A stretch of DNA of 64,000 bases from NCBI GenBank assembly GCA_049852185.1, contig CP187540.1; one strand, 5' to 3'. This DNA is from Methanocaldococcus sp. 28A (GTDB lineage: Archaea; AGJL01; Methanococci; Methanococcales; Methanocaldococcaceae). Numbering within the stretch: the stretch's first letter is position 1; every line of letters starts with the position of its first letter. Both the position numbers and the translations under genes were made by a program. The notes under the pieces were generated by a model, which made no database searches, was not told the origin of the DNA, and was given only the letters and a program-made list of their open reading frames with translations. Positions 1 through 10,153 of this stretch are shown one piece after another.

Positions 1-86
1 CCTAATTTAGAGAGAGCTACAGCCAAAGCTGCTGAAGTAGTGGTTTTTCCTACCCCACCTTTACCGGAAGCAATTGTAATAATCAT
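1..86 (-). CDS. minD: MinD/ParA-family ATPase, 5' end (runs off the window)
   Basis: Hand translation from ATG at 86: MIITIASGKGGVGKTTTSAALAVALSKLG, a deviant Walker A (KGGVGKT). Confidence 0.85.
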   Translation of the reverse strand, partial: MIITIASGKGGVGKTTTSAALAVALSKL

Positions 87-114
87 AGATATCACATTTA
101 ATTCTTGCTGATTT

Positions 115-195
115 TATAGATTTATGCAAAATTATTTATTGAATAAGGCATTAATGAATGTCTTTCTTTTGGAAGACAATCAAATTTTCCTTATA
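115..195. repeat. Degenerate copy of palindromic repeat family 2, cut off by a family-1 element
   Basis: aataaggcattaatgaatgtctttcttttggaagacaatcaaattttccttata aligns with 33984-34037 aataaggtattaatgaatgccttccttatggaaggcattcaaatcgtccttata. Confidence 0.7.
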
Positions 196-283
196 GAGCT
201 TAGCAGAAATAAATATTAAAAGACATATTGATTCCTAAAGGCATTTAAGTTTCTAACTAAATATATAAAGTACGTAAGTCCTA
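193..283. mobile_element. Degenerate MITE-like palindromic element, family 1
   Basis: Aligns along its length with the reverse complement of 2077-2167; ends tacgtaagtccta; central gattcctaaaggcat. Confidence 0.7.
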
Positions 284-431
284 AACTGTTTAGAAACACG
301 TATAAAGTAAAATTTAAATTTTGTAATATTCATTGTGGGTAGTGTTTTTTATAATTTAATGTTCTACTTCTTAATGTTCATAGTTTATATATGTGAAAAT
401 TTTTCGAAGACCTTCATAAAAAATGGAAATA

Positions 432-450
432 ACCGAAAAGTTTAAATAAC
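432..450 (+). promoter_or_regulatory. BRE-TATA promoter of the histone gene
   Basis: accgaaaag-tttaaata about 55 nt upstream of the ATG; RBS gaggtgg before 498. Confidence 0.6.
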
Positions 451-497
451 GGGTTTTATAACAACATTTTATTGAAAATCCATTATGAGGTGGTATT

Positions 498-701
498 ATG
501 GCTGAGCTTCCAGTTGCACCATTTGAAAGAATCTTGAAAAAAGCAGGAGCAGAGAGAGTTAGTAGAGCAGCTGCAGAATACTTAGCAGAAGCTGTTGAAG
601 AAATCGCATTAGAAATTGCTAAGGAAGCTGTTGAGTTAGCTAAACATGCTAAAAGAAAAACTGTAAAAGTTGAAGACATAAAGTTAGCTTTAAAGAAATA
701 A
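498..701 (+). CDS. Archaeal histone (HMf family)
   Basis: [22 protein letters not shown]...[15 protein letters not shown] histone fold. Confidence 0.97.
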   Translation: MAELPVAPFERILKKAGAERVSRAAAEYLAEAVEEIALEIAKEAVELAKHAKRKTVKVEDIKLALKK

Positions 702-814
702 ACTTTTAATTTTCTATTATTTAAAATTTTTTATTTTGGAAAGGGAGTTTTTTTACTGCTTTAAGTTATATTTGTTTATTTCTATATTTGCATTATATGG
801 GAAACGGTGAGGTT

Positions 815-1306
815 ATGCACAAAAGAATAAAAGATATAAGATATGCTGTAGTTACAGTGAGCGATAGCAGATATAATGATTTAATTAAAGGAAAAGATGT
901 TGATGATAAATCTGGTAATTTATTAAAAGATGAATTAAATGCTGAAGTATATACAATAATTCCTGACAATAAAAATATGATTAAGGGAATAGTTGAGCAT
1001 ATAGTTGAATCTTTTGATGTAGATTGTATTGTTTTTACAGGAGGGACAGGAATAGCTGAGAGGGATGTTACCGTTGAAGCTTTAAAGGAAATTATTGAAA
1101 AAGAATTGGATGGATTTAAGATTATTTTTCAAAAGTTAAGTTATGAGGAGGTGGGATTTTCAGCTATGTTATCAAGAGCTATGGCTGGAATTTATAAAGG
1201 AAAAGTTATATATGCTCTTCCAGGTTCAGTAAATGCATGTAAAACAGCATTAAAAATAATTAAAGAAGAGACGGGACATATATTGGGACATTTAAAAGAG
1301 GGGTAA
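815..1306 (+). CDS. moaB: Molybdopterin adenylyltransferase MoaB/Mog
   Basis: VTVSDSR, TGGTGIAERDVT and ALPGS motifs; start moved to ATG 815 after RBS ggtgagg. Confidence 0.92.
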   Translation: MHKRIKDIRYAVVTVSDSRYNDLIKGKDVDDKSGNLLKDELNAEVYTIIPDNKNMIKGIVEHIVESFDVDCIVFTGGTGIAERDVTVEALKEIIEKELDGFKIIFQKLSYEEVGFSAMLSRAMAGIYKGKVIYALPGSVNACKTALKIIKEETGHILGHLKEG

Positions 1307-1307
1307 G

Positions 1308-2075
1308 ATGAAATTTTTGTTAATAGCATCAAATAAAGATTTGGCAAGTAAAAACATTGCTAATCATTTAAGAGAATATTTTGATATTTTTGAGACTGAT
1401 AAGGAGCTTTTGTCTATCACACAAGAGGATTTGGAGAAAGCTGATTATTATATATTTTTATCAAAACATAGAAGTACAGCTAATAAACCATCTCTAACAG
1501 TTCATACGCCAGGAAATTTAACAGAAAATAATGATTTTGGAGGAAATCCTAAAGAAATCTGCCCGTGTGATGCAATATTAAATACTCTTTTATTGAAAAA
1601 TATTTACAAAAATTACAAAACCTATTATGAAAATGGCAAAATTAAAGAATTTGATGTCTCTTTTGAAGTAGTTCATCATTCACCAACTGATTTAAATGCT
1701 CCAACGGTATTTGTTGAAATTGGTAGTAGTGAAAAAGAATGGATTTTAAAAGAAGCTGGAGAAATTATAGCTAAATCTGTTTTAGAAACTATTGAAGCAA
1801 TAAAATCTAAAAATTATGATAAAAAATTTAGAGCTATTGGCTTTGGTGGAGGACATTATGCTCCAAAATTTACAAAACTTGCTTTAGAGGATAAATATTA
1901 TTTTGGCTACTTAGTTCCAAAATATGCTTCAGTTTCTGAAGAAGTTTTAAATCAACTAATCAACAAAATGGAAGTAGATAAAGTTCTTATTGATTGGAAA
2001 GGGTGTAGGGGAGAGGATAGAAGAAGATATATTGAATTTCTTGAAAATAATGGAATTGAATGGGAAAGAGTTTAA
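1308..2075 (+). CDS. dtdA: D-aminoacyl-tRNA deacylase (archaeal DTD2)
   Basis: SKHRS, LTVHTPGN, EVVHHSPT, FVEIGS and GFGGGHYAP motifs. Confidence 0.92.
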   Translation: MKFLLIASNKDLASKNIANHLREYFDIFETDKELLSITQEDLEKADYYIFLSKHRSTANKPSLTVHTPGNLTENNDFGGNPKEICPCDAILNTLLLKNIYKNYKTYYENGKIKEFDVSFEVVHHSPTDLNAPTVFVEIGSSEKEWILKEAGEIIAKSVLETIEAIKSKNYDKKFRAIGFGGGHYAPKFTKLALEDKYYFGYLVPKYASVSEEVLNQLINKMEVDKVLIDWKGCRGEDRRRYIEFLENNGIEWERV

Positions 2076-2076
2076 G

Positions 2077-2167
2077 ATAGGATTTTCGCAGTTTATAATA
2101 TTAGTTTTGGAACTTTGACACCTTTAGGTATCTATATTCATAAAATTTATTCCTGAGAAAGTCCTAT
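2077..2167. mobile_element. MITE-like palindromic element, family 1
   Basis: Terminal IR ataggattttcgcag...ctgagaaagtcctat; central hairpin gacacctttaggtatc. Confidence 0.85.
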
Positions 2168-2204
2168 AATAATGCTTTTTTCTAAAAGATTGGAGGGGAA
2201 TTGG

Positions 2205-2984
2205 ATGGGAAAGAGTCTAAAAGATTTACTTTTGGCATTTAAAAATGGAGAAATTAGCTTAGATGAAATTGAGAAACTAATTAAACTTAACTATTTTGAG
2301 GAGATTGAAAATAAATTGAAATTGGATGTTAATAGGCAGTTCAGAACAGGAGTTCCAGAAGTTGTTTATGGCAAAGGAAAAGATATGGAGGAAATAATTA
2401 GAGCTACATTAAAACTTGCAGAAAAAAATGGCATAGCTTTGGCGACTAAAATAGAGGATATAGAAAAACTTAGTGACGAAATTAGGAAGTATGATTTAAA
2501 TAACTATTTTATAAAAATTAATAAAAAAGCTAAAACATTAATAATAAAAAATAAAAACTATAAAATTAAAAAAATAGGTAAAGTAGGAATACTAACGGCA
2601 GGAACTTCTGATATTCCAATAGCAGAGGAGGCAAAAGACACATTGGAAGTTATGGGGGTTAAAGCTATAACATCCTATGATGTAGGAATTGCAGGTATTC
2701 ATAGGTTGTTTCCAGCCCTAAAAAGAATGATTGAAGAAGACGTTTGTTGTGTTATTGTTGTAGCAGGAATGGAAGGAGCCCTACCTTCAGTAGTAGCATC
2801 TATGGTTGATATTCCAGTTATTGGAGTGCCAACATCAACATCTTATGGAATAAAAATTACTCCTTTGTTGACAATGTTACATACATGCTCTCCAGGCATT
2901 GCAGTTGTTAATATAGATAATGGATTTGGAGCAGGAGTTTTTGCAGGATTAATAACTAAAAAGATATATAAAAATAATAAATAA
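2205..2984 (+). CDS. larB: LarB-like (PurE/NCAIR mutase-related) protein
   Basis: RTGVPEVVYGKGK, AGTSDIPIAEEA, DVGIAGIHRL, VAGMEGALPSV and VVNIDNGFGAG motifs; likely ATG 2205 after ggagggg. Confidence 0.88.
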   Translation: MGKSLKDLLLAFKNGEISLDEIEKLIKLNYFEEIENKLKLDVNRQFRTGVPEVVYGKGKDMEEIIRATLKLAEKNGIALATKIEDIEKLSDEIRKYDLNNYFIKINKKAKTLIIKNKNYKIKKIGKVGILTAGTSDIPIAEEAKDTLEVMGVKAITSYDVGIAGIHRLFPALKRMIEEDVCCVIVVAGMEGALPSVVASMVDIPVIGVPTSTSYGIKITPLLTMLHTCSPGIAVVNIDNGFGAGVFAGLITKKIYKNNK

Positions 2985-3006
2985 AAATAATAAATGAGGG
3001 AAAACT

Positions 3007-4197
3007 ATGATAAAAGTTGTTGAAGGAGAATTAATAAAGACATTAACTGATGGAAAACTTGAGGATATTACAAAAGAATTAGGGACAGGATATATCCTCA
3101 TTTTAGTTAAACACGATAATAAACTACATGAAGGTTATATATTTGTTGAAAATGGAGAAATTATTGGATATTTTTATACTGATAATAACTTAGAGGAAAT
3201 TTGTGGAAATGCTGAAAAAGTTCTTGAATTATTAGATTATGAAAATAAGGTTATAGAACTTTATAGATACGATAAAGATAAGTTAGATCTAATGAAATGG
3301 TTATATCCAGAAATATTTATAAAAAAGAAAACTAAAACAAGAGAAGATGTTAAAGAGGAAAATAAAGTAGATAATATTGAAGAGGAAAAATATCTAAATA
3401 TAAAATTGAATATTCCATTAGATATCCCTATAGAGATGAACGTGAAGAATTTTGAGGATTATCTAAAGGATAACAAATATATTATCATAAATGCATATAG
3501 AAAAATATCAGGAATGTTCGAAAACGGTTATATTATATATAAAGGAAAAACTCCTATCGCAGCGGCTTATGAGTGTAATTATGGGGCTTTACTTGGGAAA
3601 GAGGCATATAAAAAAATAGAACAGATGTTAAATAGTGAAGATACGGTTATTGATGTATATGAATATGATGAAAAGAAGTTAAATGTTTTATTAGATATTT
3701 ACCCTGAGATGAAGCTTAAAGATGAAACGAAAGAAAGCAAAAAAGAAACTGATAAAAAGATAGAACAGAGTAGTGTTTCTATATCCGAAACTTATAGTAT
3801 TTTAGGTAATGCTGAGGAAGTAACAGAATTATCAAGAGAAGAATTATTAAAAAGATTAGGATTAAAAGAGCCTGATGAGAATTGGATAGAGGCAATATTA
3901 GAAGAGTTCGTTAAGCCCAGTGATGAGGAACTACAAGAGTTAAAGAAAAAAATAGAAAATGAAATAATTGAAAAACTAAAAAATATTGACGGTGTTGATG
4001 ATGTTACGCTAGATATAAATGTTAAATGGGAGAATAGTAGATACTTTATATTTGGAGATGTTAATATAAAAAGGGAAAAAATTTTGGGAATTATTAAAAA
4101 AGATGTAGACCCATCACTTGTTAAATTTGAAGTCGATAGTGTTATAAAAAAGTATCTTTCCAAATATACATCAAGGATATCAATCCATATTGAGTGA
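3007..4197 (+). CDS. DUF2226-type protein with two tandem domain copies
   Basis: Internal repeat [21 protein letters not shown] / [21 protein letters not shown]; C-terminal [14 protein letters not shown] motif. Confidence 0.7.
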   Translation: MIKVVEGELIKTLTDGKLEDITKELGTGYILILVKHDNKLHEGYIFVENGEIIGYFYTDNNLEEICGNAEKVLELLDYENKVIELYRYDKDKLDLMKWLYPEIFIKKKTKTREDVKEENKVDNIEEEKYLNIKLNIPLDIPIEMNVKNFEDYLKDNKYIIINAYRKISGMFENGYIIYKGKTPIAAAYECNYGALLGKEAYKKIEQMLNSEDTVIDVYEYDEKKLNVLLDIYPEMKLKDETKESKKETDKKIEQSSVSISETYSILGNAEEVTELSREELLKRLGLKEPDENWIEAILEEFVKPSDEELQELKKKIENEIIEKLKNIDGVDDVTLDINVKWENSRYFIFGDVNIKREKILGIIKKDVDPSLVKFEVDSVIKKYLSKYTSRISIHIE

Positions 4198-4254
4198 CAA
4201 AAAATATAATATATATTAAAATAAGAATATGATAAAATAAAAAGAGGTCGTACT

Positions 4255-4821
4255 ATGGACGTGACAATTTTATTTTTAATTTTATTTATGTTGGGGGTGG
4301 TTATTGGAGTGGGGGTTTATTTCTATAAAGAGAGAGAAAAAAAGAAAACGTATAAGCTTATTGAGATGGAAATCGTTGAAAGCCTCAAAGAATTAAAACC
4401 ATATGTAGCTCCAGACGAAAGTAAAGAATATACAAAAGAATTTGATTTAGTTGAAGTGGCTCTTTCTTATGATATAGAAGATATTATTGTTGTCAACGAC
4501 GAAGGACTAATTATAGCATCTACATTAAAGGATGCAGATAATATTGGAGCTATCGGGCTTGGGATATTTGAATATATTAAAAAGTTTCATGACAATGTTA
4601 AAAAGATTATAATACAAAAAGATGATTCATATATCCACATCTATCCGTTAAATCTCCATAGTGAAAATTTATATCTCATTATAGAGTCAAAGATAATGCT
4701 TGATGTTTTAGAAGAGAAAGAAATCATTAGGAAAGTATATAATGTTCTTAAAAAATATTTCGCGAATATTGAAACAATAGATAATGTTATTCCTGAAGGA
4801 GGATTATTATTGAGTAGTTAA
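4255..4821 (+). CDS. Membrane-anchored hypothetical protein with a possible Roadblock/LC7-like domain
   Basis: N-terminal TM helix, then IIVVNDEGLIIAS...DNIGAIG pattern. Confidence 0.6.
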   Translation: MDVTILFLILFMLGVVIGVGVYFYKEREKKKTYKLIEMEIVESLKELKPYVAPDESKEYTKEFDLVEVALSYDIEDIIVVNDEGLIIASTLKDADNIGAIGLGIFEYIKKFHDNVKKIIIQKDDSYIHIYPLNLHSENLYLIIESKIMLDVLEEKEIIRKVYNVLKKYFANIETIDNVIPEGGLLLSS

Positions 4822-4875
4822 CAGTATAATTATGATTTATTTTTTAATTTATTTTTTTAATAATTACTCAATAAA

Positions 4876-4890
4876 CTGCGAAAGTCCTAT
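4876..4890. repeat. Isolated family-1 terminal repeat
   Basis: ctgcgaaagtcctat between convergent genes. Confidence 0.65.
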
Positions 4891-4896
4891 TATATT

Positions 4897-6171
4897 TTAT
4901 ATTGGTAATATGGTCCCCTTAACTGGAACATAAGTAGGAATTCTTAAAGTTTTCCAGATAGTCATTGCAAATGATAGTGATTGATACCTCTCCCCATGCA
5001 TAACTATGGCTTTTTCTGGTTTAGGTATCTTTTTTATATATCTTACTAAGGAGTTGTAATCTCCATGAGCTGAAAACTCTATTTTAACAACCTTTCCCCT
5101 AACAGGGATTTTATTTTTAAATGGTTGTATTTCTTTAACTCCTTCCTCTAATTCCCTTCCTAATGTTCCCTCCGCCTGATAACCAGTTAATATAAGTTTA
5201 TTTTTTGGGTCTTTTAATAATTTTAGATATTTTAATACAGGACCTCCTTGAACCATTCCCGAAGTTGAGACAATAATACAGGGCTCCTCGTTAAACACTA
5301 AATTTTCATCCGCCTTTTTTACATCTCCAAATGGGTTAATTCTATTCTCAACCATATTTTTTATTTTTGGATTTAGCCAATTTACATAACTTAGATAAAC
5401 GGCAGTTGCATGAATTAAAGAGCCATCTGTGTAAATAGGCACTTCTTTTAACTTCCCACTTCTCATATAGTTGTTTAATATTAGCAAAATTTCCTGAGCC
5501 CTACCAATAGCAAAAACAGGGATTATTACTTTTCCTCCGTTTTCTATTGTTTCAGATATTTCATCAATTAACTGTTTTTCTAATGTTTTCCTTGCTGGCT
5601 TTATATCTAATGGAGAGCCGTAGGTAGATTCTATAATTAAAACATCAATCTCATCAATGTCTGTATCTGCTGGAAGTAGAGTTCTTGAAACTCCTTCGTT
5701 TATATCTCCTGTATATAGAATTTTTTTTCCTTCTACCTCTAAGTATATGGAAGCACTTCCCAATATATGTCCTGCATTATAGAATTTGAATTTTATATTA
5801 TCATTAATTATCTTCTCTTCATAATAATTTAAACATTCAAGACTTTCCATTGCCTGCTGAATATCTTCCTCATTATAAGCTTTTGTTAAATTTAAAGTAT
5901 CTCTCCAAGTTATAAACATTAAATCAGCTGTTGGATGTGTGCAATAAATCTTTTTAAATTTATAGAATGGAATTGCTCCACAATGGTCAAGATGGGCATG
6001 AGAGATGATAACAGCATCTATTGCTTTATCATCTAACTTAGGAATTTCTCCACTATCTGGGGACATACCACAATCTAACAATACTCTCCCTTTTTGTGTT
6101 TCTACTTCCACACAACTCATCCCAATTTGCTGACAACCTCCATGAAATTTTAATAAAACCATGTTTACCAT
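4897..6171 (-). CDS. Beta-CASP metallo-beta-lactamase ribonuclease (aCPSF2-like)
   Basis: SHAHLDHCG, AGHILGS, YTGD, ESTYG, FSAHGD and MHGE motifs. Confidence 0.92.
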   Translation of the reverse strand: MVNMVLLKFHGGCQQIGMSCVEVETQKGRVLLDCGMSPDSGEIPKLDDKAIDAVIISHAHLDHCGAIPFYKFKKIYCTHPTADLMFITWRDTLNLTKAYNEEDIQQAMESLECLNYYEEKIINDNIKFKFYNAGHILGSASIYLEVEGKKILYTGDINEGVSRTLLPADTDIDEIDVLIIESTYGSPLDIKPARKTLEKQLIDEISETIENGGKVIIPVFAIGRAQEILLILNNYMRSGKLKEVPIYTDGSLIHATAVYLSYVNWLNPKIKNMVENRINPFGDVKKADENLVFNEEPCIIVSTSGMVQGGPVLKYLKLLKDPKNKLILTGYQAEGTLGRELEEGVKEIQPFKNKIPVRGKVVKIEFSAHGDYNSLVRYIKKIPKPEKAIVMHGERYQSLSFAMTIWKTLRIPTYVPVKGTILPI

Positions 6172-6395
6172 CCCAAAAATTATATATATTTTTTTTAATA
6201 AATCCTATTTACTCCAAGGCAAAAGAATATGAAACAGGGAGTTATATTTAAATTAATTAATAAAACTAAAAATAAGCATGAGGATGTGGGTATGTTCGTA
6301 ACATATTCTAAATAGGGACAAAATACCTAATAGACTTATAAAGCATCTATTTTATTATTTTTAAATCTTACTATAAAATATATTGGTGAAGATTA

Positions 6396-6902
6396 ATGGA
6401 ACATAGGCATGTTATTTCCGCATTAGTTTTAAACAAACCGGGAGTCTTACAGAGAATTTCAGGATTATTTACCAGGAGAGGGTTTAATATTTCAAGTATT
6501 ACAGTTGGAATAACTGAGAATCCACAAATTTCAAGAGTTACGATAGTTGTTAATGGTGATGATAATATATTAGAACAGGTCATTAAACAGCTTAATAAAT
6601 TAATTGATGTTATAAAAGTTAGTGAGTTAGAGGAAAAGAAATCTGTTCAGAGAGAGCTCTGCCTAATAAAAATATATGCACCAACAGAGAGTGCTAAATC
6701 CCAAGTTATTCAATATACAAGTATATTTAGAGGAAATGTTGTAGATTTAAGTCCTGAATCTTTAATTGTTGAGATAACTGGTAGTGAAGATAAGATAAAT
6801 GCATTTATTGAGTTGGTTAAACCATTAGGAATTAAAGAGATGGCAAGAACTGGGATTACTGCATTAGCAAGAGGTCCAAAGGTTTTAAAGCCAAAGAGCT
6901 AA
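6396..6902 (+). CDS. ilvN: Acetolactate synthase small regulatory subunit
   Basis: [29 protein letters not shown] domain; EMARTG. Confidence 0.96.
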   Translation: MEHRHVISALVLNKPGVLQRISGLFTRRGFNISSITVGITENPQISRVTIVVNGDDNILEQVIKQLNKLIDVIKVSELEEKKSVQRELCLIKIYAPTESAKSQVIQYTSIFRGNVVDLSPESLIVEITGSEDKINAFIELVKPLGIKEMARTGITALARGPKVLKPKS

Positions 6903-7037
6903 CCTTTTGAGATTATAAGATAAAGATAGGATTTTCACATTTACAATTTTTATTTTATAAGGGTATTTATGATGCTAGAATGTTCAAAGTTCATTAATTA
7001 TTATTAATGTTGAATAAGATAAAACATTATTTTTTGG

Positions 7038-8456
7038 GTGAAGGAAATGGACGATGTTAAAATGAAGTGTGGATTGGAGATACATGTTCAAATTGATACA
7101 AAATCAAAATTGTTCTGTAATTGTTCAACAAACTACTTAGATGCTGAACCCAATACAAATGTTTGTCCAGTTTGTTTGGGATTACCAGGAGCAAAGCCAT
7201 TAGCTCCAAACAAAAAAGCAGTAGATGTAGCTATAATGGTAGCAAAGATGCTTGGATGTAAAATAGTCGTTGATAAAGATATATACTTCCAAAGAAAACA
7301 TTATGATTACCCTGATTTACCGAGCGGTTATCAGAGAACTTCAACACCTATCGGTGTAGATGGAGAATTTATGGGTATTGGGATTGCTGAAGTTCACTTA
7401 GAAGAGGACCCTGGGCAATACAACCCAAGTTTTGGAATTGTTGATTATAACAGAAGCGGAACCCCACTAATTGAGATTGTTACAAAACCAGATATAAAAA
7501 GCCCAGAAGAGGCGAGAGAATTTTTAAAGCAATTAATGACTTTATTTAGATACCTTGGTTGTTTGAGAGGAGAAGGAACAATGAGGGCTGATGTAAATAT
7601 TTCTATTGAATACATGGGCGTTCAAGGAAATAGAGTTGAGGTTAAAAACGTCAACTCAATTAAAGGTGTTTATAAAGTTCTAAAGTATGAAGTAATTAGA
7701 CAGAAAAACATTATTAAAAGAGGGGGAGAAATTAAAAGAGAGACAAGGGCTTTCTTAGAGAGTCAGATGATAACCAAAGCAATGAGAAGTAAAGAGACTG
7801 CTGAAGATTATAGATACATTCCAGACCCTGACATTCAGCCAATCGTTATTTCTGAGGAGTGGGTTAGAGAGATTGAAGAAATGATGCCAGAAACTCCATT
7901 AGCTAAGAAAAAGAGGTTTATTGAAGAATATGATATAGATGAGGAAGATGCTAAGGTATTAGTTTCTGACTTAGATATGGCTGAGATGTTTGAGGAAGTT
8001 GTTAAATCTTTGGGAGTTAGTAAGGAGAATGTTGATTTAGCCGTAACTTGGATTAGAAATGAGTTAAAAAGAAGTTTGCAGTATCACAAAGTAGATTTGT
8101 ATGAAAGTGGAGTTAAGGCAGAGCATATAGTTGAATTAATAAAATTAATTAAGGAGGGTGTTATATCTCAAAAAATAGCTAAAGAGATTGTTGATTTGTT
8201 GGTTATAAATAGAGGAAGCAAGATGCCAAAACAGATAGTTGAAGAGCTTGGATTGACGGTAATTAAAGATGAAGACGCTTTAGTTAAAGCGGTTGAGGAA
8301 GCTATTAAAAATAATCCAAAAGCTGTTGAAGATTATTTAAGCGGTAAAAAAGAGGCTTTAAATTTCTTAATGGGGCAGGTAATGAGATTAACAAGAGGAA
8401 GGGCAGAACCTAAGAGAGTTATTGAGTTATTAAAAGAAAGATTGGATAAATTTTAA
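7038..8456 (+). CDS. gatB: Asp-tRNA(Asn)/Glu-tRNA(Gln) amidotransferase subunit B
   Basis: GLEIHVQ, CPVCLGLPGA, YPDLPSGYQ, HLEED, DYNRSGTPLIEIVT and DYRYIPDPD motifs. Confidence 0.97.
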   Translation: MKEMDDVKMKCGLEIHVQIDTKSKLFCNCSTNYLDAEPNTNVCPVCLGLPGAKPLAPNKKAVDVAIMVAKMLGCKIVVDKDIYFQRKHYDYPDLPSGYQRTSTPIGVDGEFMGIGIAEVHLEEDPGQYNPSFGIVDYNRSGTPLIEIVTKPDIKSPEEAREFLKQLMTLFRYLGCLRGEGTMRADVNISIEYMGVQGNRVEVKNVNSIKGVYKVLKYEVIRQKNIIKRGGEIKRETRAFLESQMITKAMRSKETAEDYRYIPDPDIQPIVISEEWVREIEEMMPETPLAKKKRFIEEYDIDEEDAKVLVSDLDMAEMFEEVVKSLGVSKENVDLAVTWIRNELKRSLQYHKVDLYESGVKAEHIVELIKLIKEGVISQKIAKEIVDLLVINRGSKMPKQIVEELGLTVIKDEDALVKAVEEAIKNNPKAVEDYLSGKKEALNFLMGQVMRLTRGRAEPKRVIELLKERLDKF

Positions 8457-8489
8457 TATTTTATTAAATTAAATTTTTATTTTTAGTTA

Positions 8490-10121
8490 TTGGTGAGAAA
8501 AATGGCAGACCTTGATAGAAAATTAATTGAGATTTTAGATATTTTATCCAAATCAAAAGAACCAGTAGGGGCTAAGATTATAGCTAAAGAACTTAATAAG
8601 AGAGGTTATAAAATTGGAGAGAGGGCAGTTAGATACCATTTAAAGTTATTGGATGGTATGAAATTAACAAAAAAAGTTGGTTATGCTGGAAGGGTTATAA
8701 CTGAGAGAGGTTTGGAAGAGTTAGAAAAGGCAAATATATCCTATAGATTAGGAAGTATCTATTCAAATATACTTGAGAAGACGATATCTTCCAATTACAG
8801 GTTTGGATATGTGGTTATAAATAGATGTCAGGTTTATGTGGATTTTAACGATGCACTAAAAATAATAAAGAGCGTCTATGAGTCAGGTTTGGCCGTTGGA
8901 GATAGAGTAGGAGTTATGGATAGAGAAAAATTTGTAGAAATAAATACACTCTGCTCACTAAACTTTGATAATATACTCTTGCAAAATGGAATTTTTCCTC
9001 TCCATATCTGTGCTGGAGTTGTAAAATATGAAGATGGAATGCCTGTAGAATTTAAAGAAATCATAAAATATAAATCCACATCAATAGACCCATTAAAAGC
9101 ATTTATTGAAAAGAAAGAAACGGATGTTATTGGAATTATAGAGAATGGAGAAGGTTATTTACCAGCAAACTTTAGATGCTTTGGTGTTGAATTTTTGGAA
9201 AGGTTCAAAAGTATATTAGAGAAGGATGAATTAAAATGTATCATTAGTTATGGGACAGAGAATGTTTTAGGTTTAGATGTTGGGGATGATAAAGTAGGTG
9301 TAGCTTTAATTGGAGGTTTAACACCAATAGCTCCATTTGTTGAAAACAACTATTGTGTAGAGATATTTCCAATGTCTTCAATTGTTAGATTAGAGTCTCT
9401 ACACAAAGTTAAAAAGAATTCACGAGATATTATAACAAAAAAAGCAAATATAAGAATAAAAACTGCTCTATCAAAAATGTTCAATGCAATGGCAAAGGTA
9501 ACCTATGATATAGATGAAGGAGACGGAGATGTTGTTGTAAATATTGCATATATTGATAAAAAATATCTTGATGAGGCATTAGAGTTATTAAAAGAAGCTT
9601 ACAAAAAGGGATTAGGAATATCTGAAAGATTTGGAATAGTAGAAGAGAATAATAAAATAAAAATTCAAACAGTCTGTGCAGTAACCTTGGATGGAATATT
9701 TTTAAGAAACTCAGTTCCAACAATTCCAAGATATGGTGGAGTTTTGGAAATAACTGAAGATAAAGAGAGATTTATAGATATAATTGGTTATGACGGTTCA
9801 TCATTAGATCCACATGAAGTTTTCTTCAACTTTGTTGATTGTGAAAAGACATTCTTAGCAGGCTTTAGAGAAGTGCATAGAGTTGCAAGAGAGAAATTAG
9901 AGGACGTTTTAAAGAGATTAAATTGGAATGGTATTAAAACTATAGGAGAGCCAAACAATGAGCTTTATGGTATTAATGTAAATAAAGACATGTGTGGAGT
10001 TGTAACAATAGGTGGAATAAATCCATTAGTGTTATTAAAAGAAAATGAAATTCCAATTGAATTAAGAGCTATGCATGAAATCGTTAAATATTCTCAACTC
10101 ATAAGTTATAAGGATATATAA
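8490..10121 (+). CDS. nrpR: Global nitrogen regulator NrpR
   Basis: N-terminal wHTH (GERAVRYHL) plus two NRD repeats (TLCSLNFD/TVCAVTLD, SIDP/SLDP, GGLTP/GGINP). Confidence 0.9.
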   Translation: MVRKMADLDRKLIEILDILSKSKEPVGAKIIAKELNKRGYKIGERAVRYHLKLLDGMKLTKKVGYAGRVITERGLEELEKANISYRLGSIYSNILEKTISSNYRFGYVVINRCQVYVDFNDALKIIKSVYESGLAVGDRVGVMDREKFVEINTLCSLNFDNILLQNGIFPLHICAGVVKYEDGMPVEFKEIIKYKSTSIDPLKAFIEKKETDVIGIIENGEGYLPANFRCFGVEFLERFKSILEKDELKCIISYGTENVLGLDVGDDKVGVALIGGLTPIAPFVENNYCVEIFPMSSIVRLESLHKVKKNSRDIITKKANIRIKTALSKMFNAMAKVTYDIDEGDGDVVVNIAYIDKKYLDEALELLKEAYKKGLGISERFGIVEENNKIKIQTVCAVTLDGIFLRNSVPTIPRYGGVLEITEDKERFIDIIGYDGSSLDPHEVFFNFVDCEKTFLAGFREVHRVAREKLEDVLKRLNWNGIKTIGEPNNELYGINVNKDMCGVVTIGGINPLVLLKENEIPIELRAMHEIVKYSQLISYKDI

Positions 10122-10153
10122 TGAGATTTTAGTATTCTTAACTTAATATTTTG

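Noticed and set aside
371-679. 102-aa minus-strand ORF
   Set aside because: Antisense shadow of the histone gene; the other short ORFs antisense to core genes were rejected for the same reason
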